Source: Minisyncoccota bacterium
GTDB taxonomy: Bacteria > Patescibacteriota > Minisyncoccia > Phycocordibacterales > DATDWN01
Direction: 5' to 3'
DNA length: 64,000 bases
Assembly (NCBI GenBank): GCA_041658985.1
Contig: JBAZZC010000001.1
Location: 65,813 to 129,812, forward strand
Shown: one piece after another, positions 36,405 through 46,780 of the stretch
Layout of the letters: every line of letters starts with the position of its first letter
Position numbering within the stretch: the stretch's first letter is position 1
Made by a program: the position numbers and the translations under genes
Notes under the pieces: generated by a model
The model's database searches: none
What the model was told of the DNA's origin: nothing
The model's input: only the letters and a program-made list of their open reading frames with translations

Positions 36405-37202
36405 GTGAAAAAAAAGAAATCTCTAGGTCAACATTTTCTTAAATCAAAAGCCGTTTTAACGTCCATCCGTGATGTAAGTGATATAACAGCAGAAGATATC
36501 GTTTTGGAAATCGGACCGGGGGAGGGGGTTTTAACCGAAATCTTGCTACTCTTCGCAGCAAAAATTGTGGCAATAGAAAAGGATTCGCGACTCATCCCAT
36601 ATTTACAAAATAAGTTCTCAGAACAAATAAAGTCTGGAAAATTTGAGCTGTTGGAAAAAGATATTTTAGACTTTGACCCAGAAATTTTTGAGTTTTACGA
36701 CCTCCCATACAAAGTTGTAGCCAACATTCCATACTATATTACTGGTCAAATACTCCGAATGTTTTTGCAGTCCAAAAAACAACCAGAGTCAATGACCCTC
36801 CTGGTTCAGAAAGAAGTAGCCGAAAGAATTGTGGCTAAGGATAAAAAAGAAAGTTTACTGTCTCTTTCCGTAAAAATATATGGGGAGCCGAAAATTGTAA
36901 GGGTTGTTGGTCGGGGAGCATTTTCACCACAACCTACTGTTGACTCGGCTGTTTTATCTATTAAAAACATTTCCAGAAAAAAACTTTTGGCGGTTAAACC
37001 GCCAAATGAAGAAAAATTCTTTAAAATGTTACGTGCTGGTTTTGCCCACAAAAGAAAACAGCTACTCCCAAATCTGTGTAGTCTGTACAAAAAAGATAAT
37101 TTAATAAAATTTTTTAAGAGTTGCAAAATAGACTTAAAAACCCGAGCAGAAGACTTGCCTCTAGAGACTTGGTTGAAACTTTATAATACAATAAACAGAT
37201 GA
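36405..37202 (+). CDS. rsmA: 16S rRNA dimethyladenosine transferase
   Basis: KKSLGQHFL, LEIGPGEG, ANIPYYIT, QKEVAER. Confidence 0.96.
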   Translation: MKKKKSLGQHFLKSKAVLTSIRDVSDITAEDIVLEIGPGEGVLTEILLLFAAKIVAIEKDSRLIPYLQNKFSEQIKSGKFELLEKDILDFDPEIFEFYDLPYKVVANIPYYITGQILRMFLQSKKQPESMTLLVQKEVAERIVAKDKKESLLSLSVKIYGEPKIVRVVGRGAFSPQPTVDSAVLSIKNISRKKLLAVKPPNEEKFFKMLRAGFAHKRKQLLPNLCSLYKKDNLIKFFKSCKIDLKTRAEDLPLETWLKLYNTINR

Positions 37203-37203
37203 T

Positions 37204-37309
37204 CCCGTTAGAAGTCACGGGAATCTAAACATGAAGGTAAATTATCAACAAAGTAATTCAGGTAGAGTAGTCATCTCGCGAAAGTGGGTGATTCCCTACT
37301 TCTAACGGG
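37204..37309. mobile_element. family D MITE with ATGAT target duplication
   Basis: ATGAT-CCCGTTAGAAGT...ACTTCTAACGGG-ATGAT. Confidence 0.85.
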
Positions 37310-38953
37310 ATGATAGAAAGATTTTTGGATGACATAAAAAGTCAAAAAATAACCGTGGGACAATGGCTACTTGGTTTCGCCGGAATAATGTTTATCCGTT
37401 TCTTTTTAGAAGCCTTATCCAATCCGACAACCTCTGGAGTTATTGCTTCGGACCCATACACTCTTGTTCATTACTTGCTATTTTTTATTACAGTAATGAT
37501 GGGCACAGCCTGCATTGTTGGATTTTTTAGTAAGGATTTTTTAAGTGCGGGAAAATTAATTTTGTTTGCCCTGCCTCTTTCTTGGCTAGCTCCAATTTTG
37601 GATATTGTGATTAGTCTAGGAAAGGGATATAGGATGTCCTATGTTTTTGATAGTCATCAAACCCTCCTTGTTGATTTCTTTAAATTTTTTAGTTTTCAGC
37701 CGATGCAATGGGCCACATATGGTATGCGTGTTGAAATAATAATTATTTTACTTGGTATTGGTTGGTATGTATGGTTAAAGAGAAAAACAGTCTTACCTAT
37801 AATTTTGGCGGTATTTAGCACATATTTTTTAATCTTTTTGATTGGTTCGGTTCCTGGGTTACTCTACACATTCACCCATATAAACAATGGAGTAGATTCA
37901 AACTCTTTGAGTGTATTTGGTTACATAAATAATTTGCTAATAGATTCAAACATTTTACATAACACCCTGCACGAAACCACTTTTTCTGTAACACCTCTTA
38001 GATTTTTTGAGTTAGGGTTTAATAAATTAATGTCTCAAATACTTTTTATCCTATCTTTTGTTTTTGTATCTATCTTGTTTTGGAAAATTGAAACAAAAAA
38101 ATTTAAAGCTGTTGTAAAAAACGCCCGTTTGGGTCGTATCTTTTTTTATTTGTCTTTACTCTTTTTAGGAATGGGTGGGGCATATACTTTGGGTTTCAAA
38201 TTAACCTCGTGGGTAGACATTTTGGGTGTTGTCTGTTTAGTGATTTCCTGGGTTGGTTTGTGGCTATACGCTGTACAAATTAACGACATAGCTGACATAG
38301 ACATAGACAAAATATCAAACAAAGAAAGACCACTGGTACAAGGGGTGATGACGACGAGCGACATGAAGGAGGTTGGTTTGATTTGGTTGGTTATCGCACT
38401 CTCTGGTTCGTGGTCGGCTGGATTTTATCCATTTTATATGTGTATTGTTGGTCTTTTTGTTTCACACATATATTCCGCAGAGCCATTTTGTTTAAAACGT
38501 ATTCCGGTATTATCAACTTTTCTTATAAGCATAGCCTCTCTTGTAACAATCCTTGCTGGTTTCTTTTTTGTCTCATGGGACAAAACATTTCAAACATTTC
38601 CATTGCTTCTGGCCCTAGGAACGCTTGTTGTATTTACATTGGAAATAAACATCAAAGATATGAAGGATATTGAGGGAGATAAAGCCAACGGAATAAAGAC
38701 TTTGCCGGTAATATTTGGAAAAAATGGCCCTCGGGTTGTGGGGTTATGTTTTGCCTTGAGCATACTTTCGGTTCCGCTGTTTTTGTCTTTTTATATTTTA
38801 TATATTATTTCTATCCCAGTTGCCATAATTAGCTATAGACTGATTACAAGAACTCCCTACCGTGAAAAACCCATATTTATCCTTCACTTTATTTATCTTC
38901 TTCTAATAGTATTACTTTTTATGGTTTCACCGTGGTTGGTTAATTTTTTGTAA
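37310..38953 (+). CDS. UbiA prenyltransferase family membrane protein with N-terminal TM extension
   Basis: NDIADIDIDKI...RPL and KDMKDIEGD...GIKTLP aspartate-rich motifs. Confidence 0.85.
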   Translation: MIERFLDDIKSQKITVGQWLLGFAGIMFIRFFLEALSNPTTSGVIASDPYTLVHYLLFFITVMMGTACIVGFFSKDFLSAGKLILFALPLSWLAPILDIVISLGKGYRMSYVFDSHQTLLVDFFKFFSFQPMQWATYGMRVEIIIILLGIGWYVWLKRKTVLPIILAVFSTYFLIFLIGSVPGLLYTFTHINNGVDSNSLSVFGYINNLLIDSNILHNTLHETTFSVTPLRFFELGFNKLMSQILFILSFVFVSILFWKIETKKFKAVVKNARLGRIFFYLSLLFLGMGGAYTLGFKLTSWVDILGVVCLVISWVGLWLYAVQINDIADIDIDKISNKERPLVQGVMTTSDMKEVGLIWLVIALSGSWSAGFYPFYMCIVGLFVSHIYSAEPFCLKRIPVLSTFLISIASLVTILAGFFFVSWDKTFQTFPLLLALGTLVVFTLEINIKDMKDIEGDKANGIKTLPVIFGKNGPRVVGLCFALSILSVPLFLSFYILYIISIPVAIISYRLITRTPYREKPIFILHFIYLLLIVLLFMVSPWLVNFL

Positions 38954-38967
38954 TTTAAAACACCTGT

Positions 38968-39040
38968 CCTGTTAGAGTTAAAGCTTGTTTAAATAACGCA
39001 AAAAATATTTTTAAAATTAATTGTGAAGAACTCTAATAGG
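38968..39040. mobile_element. family D MITE (degenerate)
   Basis: CCTGTTAGAGTT...AACTCTAATAGG, with compensated inverted-repeat changes. Confidence 0.65.
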
Positions 39041-39052
39041 ATGATATAATTA

Positions 39053-39189
39053 ATCCGCACACTAAATTTAGCATCGTTGCCTTGTGTTGTTACAACACAT
39101 AAGTTCAATCACTAAGTAATTGATACACTAGTTTGTATTAAACACGTAACAGGCAACAAAAAACACAATGCTAAAATTAGTGTGCGGAT
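39053..39189 (+). repeat. family E 5'-UTR hairpin element, copy 2
   Basis: TATAAT-TA-ATCCGCACACTAAATTTAGCAT...ATGCTAAAATTAGTGTGCGGAT-AA-ATG. Confidence 0.8.
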
Positions 39190-39191
39190 AA

Positions 39192-40007
39192 ATGCCAAAC
39201 AACAGGATTTTATTTGTTTTAATTATTTGTTTCGGAGTTGTTGCTTCCGTTTATCTACTTGCAAGAAATTCCGCTAGCCCACAGACAATCGGGGACACAA
39301 CCGATGTTTCTGTAAACCCCTACATCAATCTAGATAAAAACACAAACAATGATTGGAAAAAAATTCTAGTAAACCTTGATTCAAGTAATAGCACCACTAC
39401 CATCCTGACAAATGAAGACCCAGGTGTATTTAATGAAACAACACTAACAGCACAAATGTCTCGCGATTTTCTTTCCCAGTATTTGTCGGCGATAAAAAAT
39501 GGACCAGTCACCCCAGAAGAGGCAGCAAAAATCGCAGAAACCACTCTCTTAATACCAGAATACACAAAAGGTGTTCGAGTAAAATATAACATCAAGAATC
39601 TGCATGTAATCAATAATACCAATACAAACACAATAGAAGTGTATGGAAATACGCTAAATCAAAGCCTGAAAGACAAATCTTCTCAGGTAAAAGAAAACCC
39701 AATAGAAATATTTAATAATGCCATAACCAGTGCAAGTGAAACAAAATTGGCTAAACTAGACCAAATTATTTTTCTAAACAAAAGTCTCCTAACTGACCTG
39801 CTCACAATGAATGTGCCTAAAAGTGCTATTGAGGTACATCTTGCCCTTCTTAATGTTACTAGTAGTCTTTTATCAGACCTAGAAGCAATGAGGTTGGTTT
39901 TTATAGACCCTGTTGCGGGCTTGATTGGAATTAGTCAATATCAAACAGATACTTTTTTGTTAAAAACAGCACTAACAAACATGAACACATACCTAATGCA
40001 AAACTAA
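39192..40007 (+). CDS. membrane-anchored helical hypothetical protein (secretion locus)
   Basis: N-terminal TM; VP....H..L.N and DP motifs. Confidence 0.7.
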   Translation: MPNNRILFVLIICFGVVASVYLLARNSASPQTIGDTTDVSVNPYINLDKNTNNDWKKILVNLDSSNSTTTILTNEDPGVFNETTLTAQMSRDFLSQYLSAIKNGPVTPEEAAKIAETTLLIPEYTKGVRVKYNIKNLHVINNTNTNTIEVYGNTLNQSLKDKSSQVKENPIEIFNNAITSASETKLAKLDQIIFLNKSLLTDLLTMNVPKSAIEVHLALLNVTSSLLSDLEAMRLVFIDPVAGLIGISQYQTDTFLLKTALTNMNTYLMQN

Positions 40008-40065
40008 AGACTTTTCAACAAAAATCCTAGTATTTAATAGATTAATTAATGTATAATAGACGTAA

Positions 40066-43000
40066 ATGAAAAAACTCTTTATAGCAATCATGATCGTTTC
40101 CCTTCTCTCAATTTCTGTCCCCCAAAAAGTAGAGGCCCAGTACATTGATATCATGAATCTTGCTAAGGAGTTTCCCCTTGATACGATCGCTACAGTTATT
40201 GGAAAAATAATGTTAAAAAAGTTAACTGCTCAAACAGTTAACTGGATAAATTCTGGGTTTAAAGGAAAACCGGCCTTTATTACAGACTCTAACCAGTTTT
40301 TTCTTGATATAGGAGATAACACTGCTTCACAATTTCTTTCGGAAACACAATTAAATAAACTGTGTAGTCCATTTAAAGCTGAAGTGAGATTGGCTTTGGT
40401 AAAGAATTACATACAGGAAGATAATTATACCTGTACATTAGACACTTTGAAAAACAACTATGATGCTTTCATAAGCGATTTTTCCAAAGGTGGTTGGACT
40501 GGCTGGTTTGAAATGACCCAAACCAGTGCTGGTAATCCATACAGCGCTTACCTTGCAGCAGAGAGTAAGTTGCTTACAACGGTTCAAAATAACAAGGCAA
40601 GGAAAGAAACCCAACTTGATCAGAGTGGCGGACTTTTGTCATTAGAAAAATGCAAGGAGGGAATGGAAATGACTATGGAAAAAGCAAAGCGGTTAACGGG
40701 AGCAAATTTTTCTGATATTTTAACTCCTGGATTTCTAGAATCTCAAGGTTTACCAGAACTCGGAGAATGTGCCGAAAGTGAAAAAGAAACGGTCACTCCG
40801 GGAATTGCTATAGACAAAGCCTTGGGTGATTCTCTTGGTTCTGGATGGAGACAACTTCAGGCCGCCGATGAAATAAATGAAATTCTTACTGCTCTGGTTA
40901 GCCAATTTATGAGCAAAGTCTTTGGAGATAAAGGTGGACTGGCTGGTGTAAGTAAATCATCAAACAGTAGTCCATCCTTCACATCCCAGTTGGAAAATGA
41001 ACCGGAACCACCACCGATAGACCCAGGTCAATTACAAATTACTCCTACAACAATGGTTTGTCTAACCAACGAAGATACTGGGGAACAAACTTGTGAAATA
41101 AAACCAGGAATAATAAAAGGGCCAGAGTGGCTTGAAAATATAGTTCCTATTGACGGTGAAACCGGAAAAGGGCCTGGCACTCCAGGCGAAATACCTCCCG
41201 GCTTAAGTGGTATATGTGATAGTATCGCATCAGAAAGAGGAAAATTTCCAGCGGGGACTATCTCCAGAGAAAACATACGAACAATTATAGAAAATGCCGC
41301 CGGAAGCAATAATGCTTCAGGCTGGGGAATGTTAGAAAAAAAGAGTGGAGCAAATTGTACTGGTGTTTCATGCGATATTGTCTTCCATGGCCCCACTTGT
41401 TACATATATGATGTATTAGGTTCAGCAACCGGCTCTGGTGATTTGGGTGGACCGGCAACTCCGCAATGTAATTTTGCTGGAGGAAATATGGACCGAAGCC
41501 GATGGGTTGGGGTGGGTAGTGATACAAGAGGCAGTGGTCCTTGTGCTGTCGTGATTCCTGAGGGCGGAACCCCCCCAGGAGGAAAAAGTCCTTGTCTCAC
41601 TACTGGTAATATTTACGCTTCGTTCCTTAGAGAGGCCCTAACCTTTACTTTGGAAAAAAATCAAGCTCTGGCAAATTCTCTAAATAATAAAGAAAATTCG
41701 CTTAAGTTTTTAGCCTTGGTGGTTGAAGAATTAAAAATTTTTGGTGTCAATGCCACTGAAAAAGTTTTAAATGGAAACAACAATCCATCATCAGGAGATT
41801 TAATCGCTATATGGAAAACAGGCGATACAACAATGGAACGCTATGATGCAATTATAGGCGTTAATGCTGGTGACAGGACAATCGCTTCAGCCGTAACTTC
41901 AGAACAATTTGTTGGATTTATTCCACTCAACTGTACGATTTCTGGCGGTGGAACCAACTGCGGATGTCCAACCACTCCACCACCTCCTGCCCCAATTGTT
42001 CCAACTGTTAATCTGTCTGTTTCTCCTTCATCTATCGTTCCAGGGTCTTCGTCTATCATAACCTGGTCTTCTAACAACGCCACATCATGTACCTCATCTG
42101 GAGCTTGGACAGGAACGAGAGCAATTTCTGGCTCACAAACAGTTTCACCAACTGTTACCTCCACATACACCATATCATGTTCAGGAACTGGTGGAACAAA
42201 AAGTCAATCCGTGCAATTAACTGTTTCAACAGGCACTCCGCCAATATCTCCAATAACTCTTCCGAGTGACTATTTCACCTTCGTTGTTATTCCCGATACA
42301 CAGGGATATACCGCTTATGATTCGGTTAATTATAAAGGTTTTACAAATATCACAAATTGGATTGTAAAAAACTTCAGTGGTCTAAAAATTAAAGCGGCTG
42401 CACAAGTTGGTGACCTAATTAGTGAGTCATATCAAGCATACCAATGGGTAAACGCAAGTAATGCTATGAAGATTTTGGATGATGCAAAAGTTCCGTATGG
42501 AATTCTTGCGGGTAACCACGATTTCAGCACAACCACCCCACAAACAACAGATGTTTTTGCAAGATATTTCCCAGTATCAAGATATAATAAAAACTTTTGG
42601 TGGGGAGGAAGCTCGGACTCAAACAACAGTAATAGTTATATATTATTTAGTGGTGGTGGAGAAAATTATGTTCTTATTAGTATGCGCTATACCACACCAA
42701 GCAATAGGGTAGCAGATGCTACTTGGGCAAACTCAATAATAAAAAAATACCCTTCAAGCAAAATTATTCTTTCAACTCACGCATACTTAAACTATCAGGG
42801 TTTACGACAATACCAAGATCAAACCAACGGAGGACCTATTACTTCTTACGAAAACCTCTGGACGGATATTGTTTATCCGAATTCCAATGTTTTCATGGTA
42901 ATTTCTGGACATGATATGCCAAAAGGTGAAGCCTCTCGTATTGATAAAAATATAACTGGAAAAAATGTTTATCAACTTCTTTCTAATTACCAATCAAATG

Positions 43001-43236
43001 GCGCTGGTGGACAAGGTCGTTTGCGAAAAATGACCTTTGCTCCATCTCAAAATAAAATATATATCCAAACACTTGCAACCTCTCTCGCCACAACTACTTG
43101 TATTGACGGTACTATTGGAAAAAATATGAAATATCGTGTGGATGGTTGTTACGAAACCGATTCAAACAGCGAGTTTATTTTGGACCTAAATACTGGCACA
43201 GTCAATCCAGGACCATTTGAATTAAAATTACCATGA
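40066..43236 (+). CDS. large exported multidomain protein with C-terminal calcineurin-like metallophosphoesterase
   Basis: Signal peptide; VNWINSGF.G.P N-domain; Cys/Pro-rich linkers; PDTQ, VGDL, GNHD, STH, SGH motifs. Confidence 0.8.
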   Translation: MKKLFIAIMIVSLLSISVPQKVEAQYIDIMNLAKEFPLDTIATVIGKIMLKKLTAQTVNWINSGFKGKPAFITDSNQFFLDIGDNTASQFLSETQLNKLCSPFKAEVRLALVKNYIQEDNYTCTLDTLKNNYDAFISDFSKGGWTGWFEMTQTSAGNPYSAYLAAESKLLTTVQNNKARKETQLDQSGGLLSLEKCKEGMEMTMEKAKRLTGANFSDILTPGFLESQGLPELGECAESEKETVTPGIAIDKALGDSLGSGWRQLQAADEINEILTALVSQFMSKVFGDKGGLAGVSKSSNSSPSFTSQLENEPEPPPIDPGQLQITPTTMVCLTNEDTGEQTCEIKPGIIKGPEWLENIVPIDGETGKGPGTPGEIPPGLSGICDSIASERGKFPAGTISRENIRTIIENAAGSNNASGWGMLEKKSGANCTGVSCDIVFHGPTCYIYDVLGSATGSGDLGGPATPQCNFAGGNMDRSRWVGVGSDTRGSGPCAVVIPEGGTPPGGKSPCLTTGNIYASFLREALTFTLEKNQALANSLNNKENSLKFLALVVEELKIFGVNATEKVLNGNNNPSSGDLIAIWKTGDTTMERYDAIIGVNAGDRTIASAVTSEQFVGFIPLNCTISGGGTNCGCPTTPPPPAPIVPTVNLSVSPSSIVPGSSSIITWSSNNATSCTSSGAWTGTRAISGSQTVSPTVTSTYTISCSGTGGTKSQSVQLTVSTGTPPISPITLPSDYFTFVVIPDTQGYTAYDSVNYKGFTNITNWIVKNFSGLKIKAAAQVGDLISESYQAYQWVNASNAMKILDDAKVPYGILAGNHDFSTTTPQTTDVFARYFPVSRYNKNFWWGGSSDSNNSNSYILFSGGGENYVLISMRYTTPSNRVADATWANSIIKKYPSSKIILSTHAYLNYQGLRQYQDQTNGGPITSYENLWTDIVYPNSNVFMVISGHDMPKGEASRIDKNITGKNVYQLLSNYQSNGAGGQGRLRKMTFAPSQNKIYIQTLATSLATTTCIDGTIGKNMKYRVDGCYETDSNSEFILDLNTGTVNPGPFELKLP

Positions 43237-45350
43237 TTAGAATGCGAAAATTTTTACCACACATCCTAATACTTTTTGTCTTAGTGATTTTATTTATTCC
43301 AACTCATTTTGCACATGCTTGGGGATGGCCCGACTTAAACCCAATAACATATATTGTTGAATTTCTTTCAATGGCCTTAATTCAACTCGTAAGTTGGCTT
43401 ACTGGAATTGCTGGAATGTTTTTGAATTTTGTATTGAAGTATACCATCATAGATATGTCTGAACACCTAAAAACTCTAACGGGAATAAACATCGCCTGGA
43501 AAGTTGTCCGTGATTTGATAAATATTGTTTTTATATTTCTCCTTGTCTATGAGGGAATAAAGATGATTATAGGGTTAAGTGATATAGACAAAATCAGAAA
43601 ATTCGTTAGTATGATTGTTTTAGCATCGCTTCTTGTAAATTTCAGTTTATTTTTTACAAAAGTACTGATAGATGCATCAAATATAGTAACTATAAATATT
43701 TACCAGTCTATTCTTGGTCCTGACGCCAACACAAAAGACTATGGCCTGTCAGACCCCGTTATGAAAGCCATAGGGTTACAGGGTATATGGGACAGGAACG
43801 GAGAAGCAAACCCCGCTTCAGATCAAGGAGTGGCGGGGGTGCTTATTTTTGGGATTGGTTCAATCTCAATATTGTTAGTTGCAGCTTTTGTTTTTTTTGC
43901 TGTAGCTATCATATTTGTTGTTAGATACATAACTTTGATTGTCCTTTTAATGCTCTCACCCGTAGCCTATATGGGAATGGCTCTACCTTTCTTAAAAAAA
44001 TATGCTGATGACTGGTGGAATTCCCTGAATAGTCAGCTACTTTTTCCTCCCATTTACATGATAATGACTTGGGTTGTGTTAACTCTCATGTCAAGTGATG
44101 GTTTTATTCCCCAAAAAAGTTTTAAGGACTTGCTTCTTGGTGGTGGAGCAAAACCACAACCCGAAACTATGGGAATTGCCTTGAATTTTGCCATCATCAT
44201 AGGTCTCCTCGTTTTTTCTCTTATAATCGCAAAAAGCACCTCCACCAAAGGCTCAAAGTACATCGGGGATGCTACGGGCAAACTAACCGCCTTTGCCGGT
44301 GGAGCAGTAATGGGTGGAACGGCTAGACTTAGTAGGGCAACTTTGGGAAGAGCTGGAAATAACTGGGCAAATGATGAGGCCTTAAAAGAAAGAGCAGCTC
44401 AGGGTGGCTTCAAAGGTAGTGTTGCCCGTATGCAACTAGCCGCAGGAAACCAAATGGCCAAGAGGAGTTTTGATGTCAGAGCTGTAAAAGTAGCCGGGGT
44501 ATCGGCTGGAAGTCTGGCTGATTTTGGTAAAGTAGACAGCAAAAAAGAGAACTTTAAGGCAATACGGGAGGAGCAGACGAAGAAAGCGGAAGAAAAAATG
44601 AAACAGTACAAACCAAACGACGCTGCTTATGCAGAAGCAAAGAGAAAAGATGATGCAGCCAAAAAGCCTCTTGAAGAAGAACTAAAATCCTGGGAGGGTG
44701 TTGAGGGCGACCGGGCCGTACAAGCAAGGAAGAGAATCAATAAAGATATTCAGAGGGTTGCCCATTACGAAAAAGACCTCAACGATACATATAGGAGAAG
44801 AGTAGAACAAGCTGCTACTAGAGAAGAACACGGAATAAGTGAGGAAGAAAAAGCAAAAATAAAAGAGATACAAGATAAACAGGCGGCCGGTGAGAGAACC
44901 ACACAAAAGGAAGACGAAACCGTTAGAAAACTTATTGAAAAACACGAAAAGATTAAGAAGGAGGAAGACAGATTACAAGAAATAAAAGAGAGACAGGCGG
45001 CCGGTGGAAAGATTACATGGGGAGAACAAGCGGATCTTCTTGGCCTGCGTGATTGGAACTCAAAAGAGGCTGTCTGGCGAAAGGTGGCTGGTACGTTTGG
45101 AACAGCAACTCATGTGGTAGGGATGACTTCTTTACCAAAAACAAGAGAAGATAGAAAGGCGCTCGCACGTAAAATGAGGGCTGTTCCTAAGGAAAAGACT
45201 AAAGCAGAAAAAGCCCTAGAAGCAATGACTGCTGCCGCAAAAGAAGAAGCTGAGAAAGGGGGAGGGGCAGCTGGAGCAGCTTCAACTACCACACCAGGCC
45301 CAACACCACCACCAGGAGCTTCAGGTGGAACACCAGGAGCCACGACATAA
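43233..45350 (+). CDS. VirB6/TrbL-like polytopic membrane protein
   Basis: W..VRDL.N..FIF, LLVNFSLFFTK..IDASN, multiple TMs, charged C-terminal tail; VirB4 context. Confidence 0.7.
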   Translation: MIRMRKFLPHILILFVLVILFIPTHFAHAWGWPDLNPITYIVEFLSMALIQLVSWLTGIAGMFLNFVLKYTIIDMSEHLKTLTGINIAWKVVRDLINIVFIFLLVYEGIKMIIGLSDIDKIRKFVSMIVLASLLVNFSLFFTKVLIDASNIVTINIYQSILGPDANTKDYGLSDPVMKAIGLQGIWDRNGEANPASDQGVAGVLIFGIGSISILLVAAFVFFAVAIIFVVRYITLIVLLMLSPVAYMGMALPFLKKYADDWWNSLNSQLLFPPIYMIMTWVVLTLMSSDGFIPQKSFKDLLLGGGAKPQPETMGIALNFAIIIGLLVFSLIIAKSTSTKGSKYIGDATGKLTAFAGGAVMGGTARLSRATLGRAGNNWANDEALKERAAQGGFKGSVARMQLAAGNQMAKRSFDVRAVKVAGVSAGSLADFGKVDSKKENFKAIREEQTKKAEEKMKQYKPNDAAYAEAKRKDDAAKKPLEEELKSWEGVEGDRAVQARKRINKDIQRVAHYEKDLNDTYRRRVEQAATREEHGISEEEKAKIKEIQDKQAAGERTTQKEDETVRKLIEKHEKIKKEEDRLQEIKERQAAGGKITWGEQADLLGLRDWNSKEAVWRKVAGTFGTATHVVGMTSLPKTREDRKALARKMRAVPKEKTKAEKALEAMTAAAKEEAEKGGGAAGAASTTTPGPTPPPGASGGTPGATT

Positions 45351-45355
45351 ATACC

Positions 45356-46159
45356 ATGAATGACCAGGAAATAGACAATTTTATAAATACTTTATCCAAA
45401 CCCGTGAAAGAGTTTATCTTTGCTGGTGTCTGGGAAGAAAGAACAGCAGAGATTGCAAAAAAATATTCACTAAATGATACACAGGTAAATGATTTAGTAG
45501 ATACTGTGCTTTTTGTCCTTACTGGCCTGGAAAGTCCCGAAGCCCTTTTAGAAACAATTATTGCAGAGCTGGGTATCTCGAGACTCCTAGCTGAACAAAT
45601 AATGGATGACCTGGAAATAAGAGTTTTTGAATACGCCGTCAAAAGCATAGAGAAGAAAACGGACAGTAGCCAGCAGTTAGCATCTAGTAGCCAGGAAGAA
45701 ATTCAAAGTCAAAACAACCAAAACAAAACACCAGAAAAAGATATTCCAGAAATACGACCGAAAAATTTACCAGAAATAGAAGCAAACATTTTACCAATGA
45801 CTGAGCCCGGAGAAAAGGTGCGTATCGTGGAACAACCAATTAACACTGTCAAACCAGAAACAAAACCCCAGGAAACCCCAGGGGAAGCCCCTGGGCAAAC
45901 TTCGCGACCTTCTGAAATTATTTACAAAGCTGTGCCTGAACCCATTCCTGTACCACAATACACAGAAGCACCGGTTGAAAATAAAGTAATGCCTGCCCTA
46001 GAGACTGAAGCTAAACCATCTGAGCCAACCCCGACGCTCCGACCTAGTACGTTGGAGGTCGGGGAGCCGACTGAAAACGTCGGCTCAAAACCACCAGAAC
46101 CAGTACCACCTCCTGTAAAAAAATATGCTGTAGACCCATACCGAGAACCACTGGAATAA
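45356..46159 (+). CDS. hypothetical protein with Pro-rich tail ending DPYREP
   Basis: Helical N-domain, disordered C-terminus, located upstream of prgI. Confidence 0.75.
   Translation: MNDQEIDNFINTLSKPVKEFIFAGVWEERTAEIAKKYSLNDTQVNDLVDTVLFVLTGLESPEALLETIIAELGISRLLAEQIMDDLEIRVFEYAVKSIEKKTDSSQQLASSSQEEIQSQNNQNKTPEKDIPEIRPKNLPEIEANILPMTEPGEKVRIVEQPINTVKPETKPQETPGEAPGQTSRPSEIIYKAVPEPIPVPQYTEAPVENKVMPALETEAKPSEPTPTLRPSTLEVGEPTENVGSKPPEPVPPPVKKYAVDPYREPLE
46027..46086 (+). repeat. family B in-frame element copy 2
   Basis: Encodes TPTLRPSTLEVGEPTENVGS; compensatory stem changes versus 4655-4714. Confidence 0.85.
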
Positions 46160-46236
46160 ATGCCTGTATAATGTATAAGGTATAATGTATTTGAGTCCAT
46201 ACATAATACTTTATACATAATACTTTATACATAATC

Positions 46237-46683
46237 ATGCGTTATCAAGTACCACAATTTATTGAAATAGAAGACAAAATCATTGGCCCACTGACCATAA
46301 AACAATTCACATATATTGTTGGTGGTGCCGGAATGGTTTTTATTTTTTACACATTTTTACCTATATACATAGCCATATTACTCATAGCAGTTGTTGTTCC
46401 TCTTTCTTTGGCTTTGGCTTTTTATAAAATAAATAACAAACCATTTATTGATTTTCTAGAATCTGCTTTTATCTACTATACAAAACAAAATCTTTACATT
46501 TGGAAAAAAGAACCAAAATCGCCTCCACGGCGATCCGCCGACGAGGCGGAAAAATTATCCGAATTAAGTGAGATATATGTTCCTCGTTTGTCTGATAGTA
46601 AATTGAAAGAGTTGTCCTGGACACTCGATATAAACGAAAACTTAAATCCACTTACGGGAGAAGACGGAAAAACGACAAGGTAG
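46237..46683 (+). CDS. PrgI family protein
   Basis: YQVPQFIEIEDKIIGPLT.KQF, two TMs. Confidence 0.85.
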   Translation: MRYQVPQFIEIEDKIIGPLTIKQFTYIVGGAGMVFIFYTFLPIYIAILLIAVVVPLSLALAFYKINNKPFIDFLESAFIYYTKQNLYIWKKEPKSPPRRSADEAEKLSELSEIYVPRLSDSKLKELSWTLDINENLNPLTGEDGKTTR

Positions 46684-46780
46684 AAAACCGGTATAAAGTA
46701 TTACGTATAATGTATGAGAAGCAGAAATAATCTTACTATCTATCCTTTATACCTTATACATTATACGTTATACTAGTACT

